Below are positions 44,811 to 56,180 of a DNA stretch of 64,000 bases, piece after piece. The position numbers were made by a program, and so were the translations under genes. A model generated the notes under the pieces. That model was not told the DNA's origin, made no database searches, and saw nothing but the letters and a program-made list of their open reading frames with translations. This DNA is from Epithemia pelagica (taxonomy: Eukaryota; Protista; Bacillariophyta). The DNA is taken from NCBI GenBank assembly GCA_946965045.2, contig OX337240.1, positions 1,178,001-1,242,000 on the forward strand, in the 5' to 3' direction. Each line of letters opens with the position of its first letter. Position 1 is the stretch's first letter.

Positions 44811-45548
44811 TGGCTGAGGATCGTCGTTTTACAATCGAAGACCCTTTTGCTTTGACAGGATTTTCCTTTTCACTGGCTCTCGGAAAGATTCCATTCGGCG
44901 TTTCATTCTGCATTCCAGTCTCGGAAAGAAAGGCATCAATGGTGTTAACTTTGCCTTGCGAAATTGAAGATGATCGAGTAGGTCGGCTGGTTGATGTAGT
45001 GACAGAATGGGAGACTTCATCGGGTGACTTCGGTGGAAAACCTCGTGGAAAGTCTTCCTGCGTCGTTTGTCTTTTGGTACGTCCACCAACTAGATTTGTT
45101 GATCGGGGATTCAGTCTCGTGTTGGACGTTGATTGCATTGTCTGTTCTCAAACGAATCTCGTTGACAGCAGAAGCATCAAAAGCATGAGCCGAAACCTGA
45201 GATTCTCAGTCTCACTTTTCAACTTTCAACGTTCTCTTTGCACAATTTTTTGTCTGTCACAAGCTAAGGCTCAGATCCAATTGTCTGTGTACAGCCAACA
45301 TGAGCCAACACACATTGGCGCTTGAGAATGTTACCGGAGTAATGACGAGGTGTGGAGATGGGATTGTATGTTTGGTTTTTCACGGCTTCGCCGTTGCCGA
45401 GTGGTTGTGGTGGTGTGCGGTCGCCATGGGTACAAGTAATAGTAATTGGTTTCGACCAGATAATGTGTTGGGCACAATACTTCATGCGCCATGTTCGACA
45501 CGTGCTATGGCTACTACCATAGCTAGAGAGTGATAGCTCTCCTCGAGG

Positions 45549-47129
45549 CTATGGTTTCCGTTTCCAAAAGACTTGAATCATCGATGGTTGATGTACGGCT
45601 TGTTGGTCTCGGCCTTGAAAGAAAAAGGTGGACGGTCCCTCCAAGGTCACTGTTTCCCATTCATAATCTGATGGGAGTATCGTGTCGTGGTAGGACAATT
45701 TCGCACACCGCTGTGGCAGTATAAAGGCAATCACAGTGGCTTGGTATTCGACAATGGAATGATGGAGGAATTGCAAGGGTAGATCATTATTTTCCGTCGA
45801 TGATTTCGGCAGTGTTGCTGTATCAGACTTTTTGTTTGTCGACCTATATCCAGCTCCTGCCGAGTAGGGAGGGCCTCCAACGACAACAATCTCAATAGCG
45901 CTGTCCTTGTCGTTACGTTGTCCTTCTATCATTGTGTAGTCCGTTCGGCAAGACTGCAAGAAATCCGTCACTGCAAACTTGACTGGAACATTGCGTGTCA
46001 TGAGGAGGTTGGAGGTTGAAGAAGGTACAGCATCTGTGCTGGTTACTAGGCCGGTTGTTGCACGTCCAGGTTCTTCCTGGTTGGCACTGTTAGAGGTGAG
46101 AGAGGGATTCTGTAGGCAACCAGTCGGACCGTCAAACTTTTGTCGACAATGAGATATTGCAGTTTCGTCCTTGTCAATGCCAACAATGGCAAAGTTACTG
46201 TTTTCCAAATTGATCTTGTCCATCCAAGTCTCCTTCTGATCCTGCTGTAGAACGTTCAATAGCGTCTCAATGACTTGTCCATGGCCACAACTTGGCTCGA
46301 CAAACAAAAAGGACCGATTTTTGTCTTGTTGTGGCGGAGTCAGTGCCGACAGTCTTTGCAGACAGCAGCGAACCAATTGTTGGGCAATCTGTGGGTGACA
46401 AAAGTATTGTCCCAATGTATTGCCTCGTGCCACATCTGTAGAGGTGGGTGAATCCACTGGCGTTTCCGTTTCCGCAGCGTCCTGGCCACTCTTGTCTTTT
46501 GTGTTTGTCCCGCATCTGCTGCAGTTTTCGGGACGGCAAAATTCCTTCCATGCTCGAATCAAGTCGTCCTCGTGTGCTGTCGCTACGTCGTGTTTCTTGG
46601 CAAGTTTGGAATCCACCAAGGCATGTACTTGATCCAAAACTCGATCCATTTGCATCAAGCTCTTTTTCATAAAGGGTTTCCATTGGTTTTCGGGAGCTCC
46701 ATTGGTTTCATCCAATGGCGAGCATGGCATGTTTGATGGAGAAGCGTGGTCAGGTCGTATCCACGGTGCTTGATCCGACAGATTCGAAAAGGCTGCTCGA
46801 GGAAAGCTCAGTTTGGAATCTTGCTTGGATGCCACACGTGAAAGTTTCAAAAAGTCCCGTTTGGAACGCCAATAGTAGGCACATTCGGATGCTGTCCTGG
46901 TCGTTTCGGCGTTGTTCGGCGGCTGCTTCTGCAATGGAGAGGAGAAGCTCACCAACCATGCTGGAAAGGACAACTGAGATTTGGCAATGAAAACGGACTC
47001 GTATCCACACGCAACAATTCGGCAATGCTTGCAATTGGATGTCCGATGTGGGCTCTTTGTATCAGATTCACGTTCACCACGGCTCCTCCATTCGGCCATG
47101 GTGGTCAAAGGATTTTTTCCTCCGTCCAT
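45549..47129 (-). CDS. Class I SAM-dependent amino-methyltransferase-like protein (N6-adenine MTase-like); true start probably at 46730 or 46670
   Basis: GQYFCHPQIAQQL (motif X-like), FVEPSCGHG (motif I), VGIDKD, TDFL, VVGGPPY (motif IV variant) and IAFILP. Confidence 0.7.
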   Translation of the reverse strand: MDGGKNPLTTMAEWRSRGERESDTKSPHRTSNCKHCRIVACGYESVFIAKSQLSFPAWLVSFSSPLQKQPPNNAETTRTASECAYYWRSKRDFLKLSRVASKQDSKLSFPRAAFSNLSDQAPWIRPDHASPSNMPCSPLDETNGAPENQWKPFMKKSLMQMDRVLDQVHALVDSKLAKKHDVATAHEDDLIRAWKEFCRPENCSRCGTNTKDKSGQDAAETETPVDSPTSTDVARGNTLGQYFCHPQIAQQLVRCCLQRLSALTPPQQDKNRSFLFVEPSCGHGQVIETLLNVLQQDQKETWMDKINLENSNFAIVGIDKDETAISHCRQKFDGPTGCLQNPSLTSNSANQEEPGRATTGLVTSTDAVPSSTSNLLMTRNVPVKFAVTDFLQSCRTDYTMIEGQRNDKDSAIEIVVVGGPPYSAGAGYRSTNKKSDTATLPKSSTENNDLPLQFLHHSIVEYQATVIAFILPQRCAKLSYHDTILPSDYEWETVTLEGPSTFFFQGRDQQAVHQPSMIQVFWKRKP

Positions 47130-47440
47130 TCATCGAATTCATTTTTCGGTCGCGTGAGAACGCGGATGGGTCGCCTGTGTATGGCTTATCTCGCAAGAGA
47201 AACCTTGACAATATCGTATGCTACAAATATTCCAACCAAGTCCTGACAGAGAGACCACATCACTCTGGTTAAGGAAATCATTTGAGACGTTATCCTTATT
47301 CATTTATGTTAATGCTGTACATGGCTCTTCATTGTCAGTCCGTCGAAAGGAAGATCGATTTTACTTGAATTCTTCGGTACAAGTACACAATGGTGTGCAC
47401 CACATCTTGTCAAAGTAATGTATAGATCATCGGTTGATGA

Positions 47441-47734
47441 TTACTTGCTGACGGCCGACCATACCAAAAAGACCAAGGGAAGAGCGAGGGCAATGACGAT
47501 AGATCCCCCATAGACAGCCATTTTCATATCAGCCTTGCTGAATCTTTCGTCTTGCTTGTTAGGGTCCACCTTGACTCGGACCATGTCCAGTGCCGTGGGT
47601 TCAAGGACGACAGGGGACGACGACGTGGTTCTTGAGGTAGTGCGAGTCACAGTGGCGGATGGAGCAACCGTAAAGGCATTGGAGCTGCCAACAACAGCGA
47701 GGACAAAGAAGACACAAGCCAAAACACGGTTCAT
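47441..47734 (-). CDS. Small plastid-targeted membrane protein (97 aa)
   Basis: Signal peptide ending SNA-F (ASAFAP-type), Ser/Thr-rich transit peptide and C-terminal TM AVYGGSIVIALALPLVFLVW. Confidence 0.75.
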   Translation of the reverse strand: MNRVLACVFFVLAVVGSSNAFTVAPSATVTRTTSRTTSSSPVVLEPTALDMVRVKVDPNKQDERFSKADMKMAVYGGSIVIALALPLVFLVWSAVSK

Positions 47735-49204
47735 GGTTGATTTCAGAAGAGAAAGAGGGATTGAGAAAAAGAGAGGAGGACGGTTACACAATCAGCTGAC
47801 CAACGTAAGGATTACGGAATTGTAATCTCTGTGTGTCGTTTCTCACGGGCTTCGTGCATCACATTCTGTTGACGTGAGAGAAGAGTTAAGTGAGCGGATT
47901 TTTGTGTGAGTCAGGAAAAACATCACGTCACTTCCGAATAAATAGGTGACCAAACCATGACCAACCTCATCGCGTATCGCGTACGTGTGCCCCTTTCTTT
48001 CTTTGCGAGCAAGGTCGGTATGTACAATAGTCCCTAGCGTAGATGGGTCTTATTGGATCGTGAATGAAAGCGTGCAGGAAAATCGAAATCACAGTCAAAT
48101 TTTATCCACGACTCAAGTGACGCTTGGGAGTCTACGGCTATTGGGGGCACCATGTTTTTACTGCGAACAGTAACACCACCTCTCGAGAATGGAGGATTGC
48201 ACGATGACGCCGTTAGATGAAAACGAGGGTAGGAGCCCGCGGCAGAAAGAAACCTTCGACGACTACCAAGAACGGCCAAAGCGGCGAAAAGGCAACGCGC
48301 CAATGAAAGACGCTGCACAACACGCGGATTTCTCATGTTTTCGCCTGCAGACTTGGAATGAATGAAAGCGCCGTCATTCATTGATGTGAACGACCTTACA
48401 GAGTATCATGGGAAGCGAATTGAAACCCGGCAGTCAATCGGAAAAGGAAGGGGCCAACACCCCTAAGGCACGAACAACATCCACCAGGATTCGTCGCAGC
48501 CAGAGGCTTTTGTAGTGATTAGCTAGTGATGGTGTTTTCAAGTCATCGAGATGGGCAGTATGGAGGTGCTGAAAGTTGGATCATATGAAATCAGCACCGC
48601 GGAAGTATATTCAACATTCCAACAGAATGTTACATGCTCACATTCAGCATCCTCTATCACATCATCAGCCACTCAATAACAAATAATAGAAGGTCAACGA
48701 CGAGTTCCACAAAAGAACATGAATCACGAAACGTTACGAACAGTTGGGGTCTGGAGGGAGAAAGATATATTACAATACTTCTCCTAGAATCTTTGCCAGA
48801 GAAAGATCACAGTTTGGTCTATAATCCTTAGATTCACCATCAAGTCTACGTCGTTAGATCGGGGCCGTTGTGTCAACCTTTCTTAATCTGAAGAAGCCAT
48901 ACTTTCAAGCTTCTCTGTCAGTTGATTTCGATAGGGATCGAAAACAGCAGGGAACTTCAACGCAATATCGGGTAATCAGCAAAGTGCTGAATAAAGGACA
49001 GAGAGTATCATTTTTCCTCGCAAGCACGTATCGCCGGAGAAGAGAACCAATCGAATGAGGCCATATCCAGAAACTTCCGTCAAGACCTTCTGTGAGGCCA
49101 TGTACAAAGCAGAAAAACAGCTTGACACACAGAAGACGCTCCATCACTGCCTACAAGCGTGGCGTGATTTCCACTGAGCAATCGCCAAGGGAGTCAATAA
49201 TCGA

Positions 49205-52200
49205 CTACCCTTGGAAAGTTGCCCGCAGCCTGAGAGGAGTTGCCTTGAATCGAGTCCGTCCTTTTAGTGACACGGCATGTCGAAAAGATTCCTCGGGGAA
49301 ACCTACGCTGAGTCCCATCGCTCGACACTTGCTTAGAAGACTTTCAACCTTTGCATTTGCACCCCATTCGGAGTAGTTCCGGAGTGCCCGAGAAAGATAT
49401 GTCGTCGCCCAATAGGTATCGCCTTTCTCTAGATTGTAGAGGCCGGCACGTTCGTTTGTGATTGCCTGCAAATGGATGAAACCACTACGTGCACATCGAG
49501 ATATCGCCAAGTTATAGGTTTCCTGTGCCTTTGCCTTGTTGCCCGAGAGCGCATATTCCTCTGCATTGAGAATCAGCAACATCGGAGAGCAATTCACAGC
49601 TCCACCTTTCACCAGTTTGTCAAGTTCTGATATGTGAACTTTGGCATTTCGCTTATATTTTGATTTCCCTGTTTTCCTTGCCATTCTCATGTTCAACAGT
49701 CCGCAATAGCAGTGCTGAAAATGGTTGATGTAGTGAGTTCCGGTCAGTGATGCTTTCTGCCACTCCTTCAGCTTCTCATACATCAGCATGGCTACATCCA
49801 GTTCATCAAAGAGATAGGAGAGCATAAGACGAATGAAGTTCAATGTTCTCTCTGCTGCTTTCCCTGCAACATCCTTTTCAAAAATGTCCTCATCCATTGC
49901 CTCTCCATTAAGTTTTAGGACATCATCACAATCCCCCATGAGATTCATTCCAAACTGCCACCACGGCAGTAACGAAGCAAGCGCAACATTCTGGCGAAAA
50001 TGATGTAGCTGCTCACTGATGGTTCTCATGTCAGATGAGAAATTGAGAAGAGGTAAGCCAAAGATGACGTACAAAGAGGCGTAGCTGCTGACGGCCAAAG
50101 ATCCATATTCAAGTTCTCCGCTCTCCAGGCCTATCCTGTGGGCATTGAGTAATGGTTCTACACCATGAAGCAACGGTTGGCGAATGTGGTTGATGAATGT
50201 GTACATGATCAGGTGGGTACGCGGAAGGGCAACCAATGATTTCGAGCGTTGGAGCATTTCAAGAGCCAACTGTCCAAAATTCGTCGCAGTGTTAGCATCT
50301 CCATGAGCAGCGAGCAACATGGAGAAGGTGCTAAATGCGAAAGGAGTCCATTGATTTTGACCGTGTTTAAGAGTGATGCTCATCAGACGCAGGAAGATAA
50401 CCGTAAGAAGTGATTCTTCGGCAGCATGCCATGCAAATAAAGACAACGAGTTAAGCAACCGCATCGCCGCAATCTTTGAGGGGTCCGTCATTTCAGGAAG
50501 GTTTAAGAGTTGAGTCTTCGAAAGACTCTTCAGGGCTTTGTTGGTTTTATAGATATCTCTCAATGTGTTGAATGACCCTAGTTTGGAAGGCAGTCCTTCT
50601 CCCAAATGTTCCAGAGCAGCGCAACCTTCTTTTATGGCCTCTCCCAGGCGGCCCTGAACTCCGAGATCGTTGACCTTAATAAAGAGAGCGCGCATCTTAT
50701 CATCGAAACAACGGGCCTTGGACATGACTACATCGACAGCCTTCAATGCAGCAGTAGAATTCCCGCAAGAATGCTCCACTTCCGCTACCGCACTATAGAC
50801 CTCCAGGCATAACTCGTATCGATCTTCCCAATCTTCCTCTTGAAACAGTGATTGGGCCTTTCGCAGAAACCGAGCGGCAGCTAGGAACGTCAAATGCTCA
50901 CCAGCTTTGTCACTTGCCTCAAGATTGAGTTCAATCAATCCAATGCGTTCGTCCACGTCCTCAATATAAGAGGATGACATGTTTAACTGTTCTACAGCGA
51001 AATAGAGCATCGCGTTTTGTGTTCGTGTGTCATCTTCATCGAGATTGGTCAAGTAAGTGTCCCGTACGAGCCGACCTATCCGTAAATGGAGCATATCACG
51101 TTTGGTTCCCGAGGGAGTTGCTTCATAAAGACATCGTTGAACTCGGTCATGTGAGAACTTGTACTGCTTAGTGGAAGCTCGTTCTATGAGACCCTCTTTC
51201 TCCGCTCGGCCTAGAACGTACACCAGCCATGTGGCACAAAGCGTCTCGTTCTCCCGCTGCTCTGACTGCCAAATGATGGGATCGTATCTCGATTCCAGGA
51301 GCTTTCCATACTTTGAGGTACTCATACCTGGTCTTGACTGAAGGGAAAGCGACCGTTTTTCTCTTTCGTCGGAAACAATTTTCATTTTCATGACACGGCT
51401 ATTGAATCGTGAACTGCGAGCGGCATCGGACAATATACCTTCACGAAGACAAATCTCGCGAAGTACCACAATGTCAAAATAAAAACCAAGACAGCTTGCA
51501 AGCCTGAGAACTGCCTGAATCTCTTCAGGAAGTTGCTTGATATGCTGGCTCAGTAAATCGACAACATTGTCCGTTACATTCGTTTCGGTTTGAATCAAAT
51601 CAAGATTCCATTGCCACTGATAAGTTGTAAATGAGTAGAAAAGCAACCGTTCACGATGAAGCATCTCAAGATACCTCAGAACGAAGTACGGATTGCCATT
51701 TGTTTTCCGGTACACAACGTCTGCCAAAGTCTTCGTCCGTTCCGAGTCGAGCCTCAAAGCCGAGTTGATAATCTGGTGAGTTTGTTCAAAATTCAATTCA
51801 TTGAGATTTATGTGAGCAGCATGTCCTCCGGATAATGAATCAAGCCATTCTAATTCTCGTCCGATTTCTCCAACTTTTTCTTGGTTTATTCTAAATGATT
51901 CTGCCACTTCCTTCGGTGCGGCTACGTTGTCACTTGGAGCAATATCGCCATTTCGATACGCCCCCACAAAGATTAAATTTTTGGTTCGGTTTCCGTATTT
52001 TTCATTTGTCTCAACTTGGACCACATTTGCTGTGGCGGTTGTTCCGCTTTCATTGGTCATTTGCGCCGTTCCCACGAGAGGAATATGACTAGTCTCATTT
52101 TGTGCCGTCCATTCAAACTCCATCAGAAGTTTTGAAATCGAAGATAGAGCTTGACTATCGGCCCAATGCAAATCATCCAAAAACAAGACGACTGGTCTGT

Positions 52201-53332
52201 CTGTCTCCGCCAGTGCACAGAGAAACGATCGGAGGGCCAATGTAACCAATGTGACTCGAGTTACATGGTACGCCCCATGACTTTCTGTGCCACTGTCGAT
52301 GGACACTGAAGAATGCTGTGAGAGATTTTCTCGAGGCATCTCTTGATCTCGATTCGTCGTTTCAGACCCAACGTTTAGCGAGGTTCTTGCTTCAGTTGCT
52401 TCCTGACCATCGTCCGACAAAGTCGCAGTGTTTTCATTCTCTCCAAATCGTATTCTAAGTTGTTTAAGCTCAGGAATCAGGTCTTCCATGCAACTCTGTT
52501 GACTGGGCGTTAGATGATACCTTATTGAGGCAAGTATGGCTTGTCGCAAAGTTTTTGTCGATTCATCCTTATCCTCATTAAAGAGCTGTTGAATCACTCC
52601 TTGCAGGGCTTGTAACAAAACGCCATAGGGGCCCTTGTAGGTTTTCTCATACTGCTCGAACTTGCCTTCGCCAAACAGTATGTTATGCTGCTGTCGAGAA
52701 GCAAACTGATGAATCAAAAGAGTTTTGCCTGTACCTGAGTTTCCGGATACCAGAACAGCACTCAATGGATGATGTGGCTCGGAGGATTCATCATGATTTT
52801 GATCGTTTTCGTCTTTCTCGTCATCTGAAGCCTTGTCCTCACGATGTTGTTGCTTTTGTCGTTGTTGTTGTGTTTCTGAAGAAGTGGTTGTTCTCGACAA
52901 ATGGCGCTGTAAAACCTCTTCAAGGACATGCATATCCTCGGCCCTCCCCCTCAAACCCACAACGTGTTCCGACAAATCAAGATCGACTGTTAATCCAGGA
53001 TCCGCCACAGCTTCTTCGGCGGAATCCATGGGTGGAGTAGTGATGTTGGTAAGGTCCTCAATTTCCGACGAAGATAAGAGATTTCGACCCGAATTGCGGC
53101 GAGGGCGTTGAATAGAACTGGCATGCTCCTCTAAATTTCTGGCCGACGCAAGCCGAATGCTCTCAGAACTCTTTTGCGGACGATGGACTCTCAACGTCTT
53201 TTCTTCCAATGGCTGCACTTCAGTTCCATCGTCGGAACCTTTGGAGGTCGACTTCCAAGGGACCATTTTAAACATGATTATGCCTTTTGTGCTCCGAAGA
53301 AACCTTACTGTATCGGAACGTGTGTCAGACAA
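49205..53332 (-). CDS. STAND-class AAA+ ATPase (COG3899 / AAA_16-like) with C-terminal helical repeats; single exon
   Basis: Walker A VSGNSGTGKT, Walker B VVLFLDDLHWAD, TNGNPYFV, FSHDRVQ and the C-terminal ITNERAG...YSEWGANAKV. Confidence 0.92.
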   Translation of the reverse strand: MSDTRSDTVRFLRSTKGIIMFKMVPWKSTSKGSDDGTEVQPLEEKTLRVHRPQKSSESIRLASARNLEEHASSIQRPRRNSGRNLLSSSEIEDLTNITTPPMDSAEEAVADPGLTVDLDLSEHVVGLRGRAEDMHVLEEVLQRHLSRTTTSSETQQQRQKQQHREDKASDDEKDENDQNHDESSEPHHPLSAVLVSGNSGTGKTLLIHQFASRQQHNILFGEGKFEQYEKTYKGPYGVLLQALQGVIQQLFNEDKDESTKTLRQAILASIRYHLTPSQQSCMEDLIPELKQLRIRFGENENTATLSDDGQEATEARTSLNVGSETTNRDQEMPRENLSQHSSVSIDSGTESHGAYHVTRVTLVTLALRSFLCALAETDRPVVLFLDDLHWADSQALSSISKLLMEFEWTAQNETSHIPLVGTAQMTNESGTTATANVVQVETNEKYGNRTKNLIFVGAYRNGDIAPSDNVAAPKEVAESFRINQEKVGEIGRELEWLDSLSGGHAAHINLNELNFEQTHQIINSALRLDSERTKTLADVVYRKTNGNPYFVLRYLEMLHRERLLFYSFTTYQWQWNLDLIQTETNVTDNVVDLLSQHIKQLPEEIQAVLRLASCLGFYFDIVVLREICLREGILSDAARSSRFNSRVMKMKIVSDEREKRSLSLQSRPGMSTSKYGKLLESRYDPIIWQSEQRENETLCATWLVYVLGRAEKEGLIERASTKQYKFSHDRVQRCLYEATPSGTKRDMLHLRIGRLVRDTYLTNLDEDDTRTQNAMLYFAVEQLNMSSSYIEDVDERIGLIELNLEASDKAGEHLTFLAAARFLRKAQSLFQEEDWEDRYELCLEVYSAVAEVEHSCGNSTAALKAVDVVMSKARCFDDKMRALFIKVNDLGVQGRLGEAIKEGCAALEHLGEGLPSKLGSFNTLRDIYKTNKALKSLSKTQLLNLPEMTDPSKIAAMRLLNSLSLFAWHAAEESLLTVIFLRLMSITLKHGQNQWTPFAFSTFSMLLAAHGDANTATNFGQLALEMLQRSKSLVALPRTHLIMYTFINHIRQPLLHGVEPLLNAHRIGLESGELEYGSLAVSSYASLYVIFGLPLLNFSSDMRTISEQLHHFRQNVALASLLPWWQFGMNLMGDCDDVLKLNGEAMDEDIFEKDVAGKAAERTLNFIRLMLSYLFDELDVAMLMYEKLKEWQKASLTGTHYINHFQHCYCGLLNMRMARKTGKSKYKRNAKVHISELDKLVKGGAVNCSPMLLILNAEEYALSGNKAKAQETYNLAISRCARSGFIHLQAITNERAGLYNLEKGDTYWATTYLSRALRNYSEWGANAKVESLLSKCRAMGLSVGFPEESFRHAVSLKGRTRFKATPLRLRATFQG

Positions 53333-54244
53333 GACAAGATTTAATTGGGTCCAGTTGTCAAAAACAAAACCTTGAAACCACAGAAAAAAGTTATGACAGT
53401 GGACGCTTCTTCCGAGACACCGAGATTGCTAGAATGTGGTTGATCGTTTCCTCGAGAGATTATTTTGCGAGTTGTCCTGGTAAAGCAAGTGTTTCCCCCT
53501 CGACGAGAACCTTGAGTGGCGAGAAACAAACATTCACAAACCACCCGCCGATTCTCAGCTCAAGACACTGCAGGCTTCTCAATCTGTCTTGAGAAATGAA
53601 AGAGTCTGTATGCCGAGAATGGTGTCTTGTTCCGACCGCGGCGATGATGTTGCCCAGTCGGTTCCATCCACACATGAAAGAGAACAACGTAGACAGAAGG
53701 AAAAAAAATATCACACCATTCGCGGTACAACAGTGCATGAAGACAATATCTGAGACACGGCCTTATCGAACATTTTTCTAAAATCAAAGAGCAACGTCTT
53801 GCAATAACAGCTTAAATATTTTATATGCGACCGATAAGTAGTAGAATATGCACACGAGATAAAACCGTGCCTTATATTTGTGTCTACTGGTTTTGGGGGG
53901 AGAGCGCAACTACCCCTCTTTTCTTCACTTCCTGTGTTTCTGAGTGGGGGAGCATGACAACTACCTACCTAAATACCACTCCGACTACTCCTCTATAGGA
54001 GTAGATGATATTGGGATAGAGCAAGACAACCTATAAAAAGTTATGATTTCTCGCATCACACAGGACAGTGCAGATGTTCAGGCAACATCCTTCGTATCTA
54101 GAAGTGACTGGAAATGCTAGTTTGATTTCATCCTTGCCTGAATTTAAGCGATGAGCTCTCCAAAGACTGGTAGCTCGGTTTGTTTCGTGAGAATGGAGCG
54201 TCTACGCAGCTGTTTTTGTGGTATGGTTCAGTGATGTTGGTTCT

Positions 54245-56180
54245 TTAATTTGGTTGCTTTGCCAGAACCAGATTAACCACACGTCGATCCCCCGTCCTTC
54301 CATCTTCCAGTGTCACGCCCAAACGTTCACCAACTTTGCGTTGGGCCAGTTCTGATTGCAGGGCCGCAAAGGTCGGCACGGCATTTCCACCAATAGCTAC
54401 AATGGCATCGCCCAACTGCACCTTTCCTCTTTCTAGGTCTATCGTCAGTCCTTTTATTTCTGCTTCTTTGGCTGGTGAATTGGCTCTCACCGATCGAACC
54501 CAGTTTTGAGTCTGTGTATACCGGCTTTTCGACTGAATAAACTCTTCCAGCAAGGCTTGCTCTTTGTCGCTCCTCGTCGATGCCGTCGCCAAACTTTGCG
54601 CGGCAGTCGCACTCAACGGAGAGATGTTCACGATTTGTACACCCAGCCAGGGAATGGCAGTACTGTTCGACGCGGCCCACCGTCGCCTTGGATTTTGACT
54701 CTTGTCTTTGCGGATTACTCGTTCTACAACAGGTTGCACAGCGTCCGCAGGAACCTGTGCAAGCGCCCACATTATCACAACAATGAGCACATGGTCTCGG
54801 TTACCGTGTTTGTTCCATTCGATTGACTTACCGCAAACCCGATACCCGCGAAGCTTCCAGTGGTGGATACAATGGCAGTATTGACACCCACTACTTGCCC
54901 TTGCAGGTTTAACAATGGTCCACCAGAATTACCCGGATTAATGGCACAATCCGTTTGAATACAGTTGCGAATCGTTTTCTGTGGTTGTGCTCGTCCCATT
55001 CGTCGAAATGGTCCATCGTTTCCCCGACCGGCTCGCAATTCTCGATTCAAGGCCGAGACAACACCTGTCGTGACGGAATTGTCCAAACCAAAAGGATTTC
55101 CAATCGCAATCAAGCCTGTACGGGGCGTGGAATGGTGGGGATCATGAGAGCACCAACATATGACAAGCACAAAATATGAGTTGTACCACTATCAAGAGAT
55201 CGTATTACCGTTGAGATGGTAATCCACATACCTTGACCCACGAGCAAATTCGAGGATGAGCCGAAATCGACCGAAGAAAACACTTCGTCATCATCTTCGG
55301 TATTCTCGTCTTCGTCAATTTGCAAGACTGCCAAGTCCAATTCTGGCTGTACATGAACAATGCGACATTTTCGAAACTGAGAGTCTTTCAGGCGAATGTA
55401 GACGCTGGGACTGGGTCGATTGAGATATTCTCGGACTCGTTTTGGCACCAGATATTGTAGCAGTTGTTGTTGCTGTGATTCTTGGTCGCCTCTTGCACCC
55501 CCTTGCGTTATCGCTGCTTGGAAGAGAGCTGTCACATTAATAGACGTTGAGGCTGTTACATTTCCCAGAATCTGGTCCCACACCAGCTTTTGTTGCTCCT
55601 CCATGCGTTGAATCTGAAAGGCAAGTTCAATCACGTGGTAGTTGGTAACCAAATATCCGTCAGGATCGACGACAAATGCAGAACCACTCCCTAATGAATA
55701 GCCTGAAGGCGGTGGTGCATTCTTGGATGAAGACGTTTCAGTATCGTTTTTGCGGTTGAATCGTGAGCGTCTTTGTCGTCTTTGTCTGCCACGTGTTGGA
55801 GTAGGCAAGATGGATGTGACAAAGGCTACAGAAGGCCCCGCTTGTCTTACTACACGAACTGTCGTCTTTTCTTCCTCTTGCAGATCCTTTTCCACTTCGG
55901 CCGAAGAAACTGCAATGCGCGGAGTATCTGTCGGATCCGACTCATCGGCGGCGGCAACAGAGGAGGATTGTGAAGAGAACAAGGGCAGGGTGTCACCGTG
56001 CTTTCGATTGTGTCCTTCCCATATGGTGCAGGACGACTTGTCGTCATGAAACTTTGAGAGGCTGTATTCCATGTTACGCGACGTAAAACCAAATGTCATG
56101 GGGACATGTTGAAATGCATCCACGTAGGAACCGAGCAAAATGGACACGACTGCATGAAACAAAGTGCTGAAGATAGTCAT
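54245..56180 (-). CDS. Deg/HtrA serine protease with PDZ domain, 3 exons, probably plastid-targeted
   Basis: Exons 56180-55232, 55115-54832 and 54754-54245 splice in phase. Triad motifs TNYHVI, LDLAVL and [11 protein letters not shown]; PDZ region WLGV...GDAIVAIGG; signal peptide ending VDA-F. Confidence 0.92.

Larger units (their letters stand above)
38003..45138 (-). pseudogene. Giant repeat-expanded membrane-protein pseudogene, probable paralogue of the neighbouring LRR protein, lacking the LRR ectodomain
   Basis: ORF 39625-45138 continues in frame past a TAA (RKQT*AVEPSFTV) into 38689-39621. A 1-nt frameshift at ~38700 leads into 38105-38695 (TM IVIVLLVLFSTTAIVVGIY). An in-frame TGA is then followed by SNMESEANAPTESPF. 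Confidence 0.75.

Noticed and set aside
38435-45325. Plus-strand ORFs opposite the repeat protein (327 aa, 308 aa and repeated 83-90 aa)
   Set aside because: Antisense shadows of the repetitive minus-strand ORF.
53985-54004. Hairpin as a Helitron 3' end or intrinsic terminator
   Set aside because: No CTRR terminus or U-tract follows; kept only as part of the TAGGA motif note.
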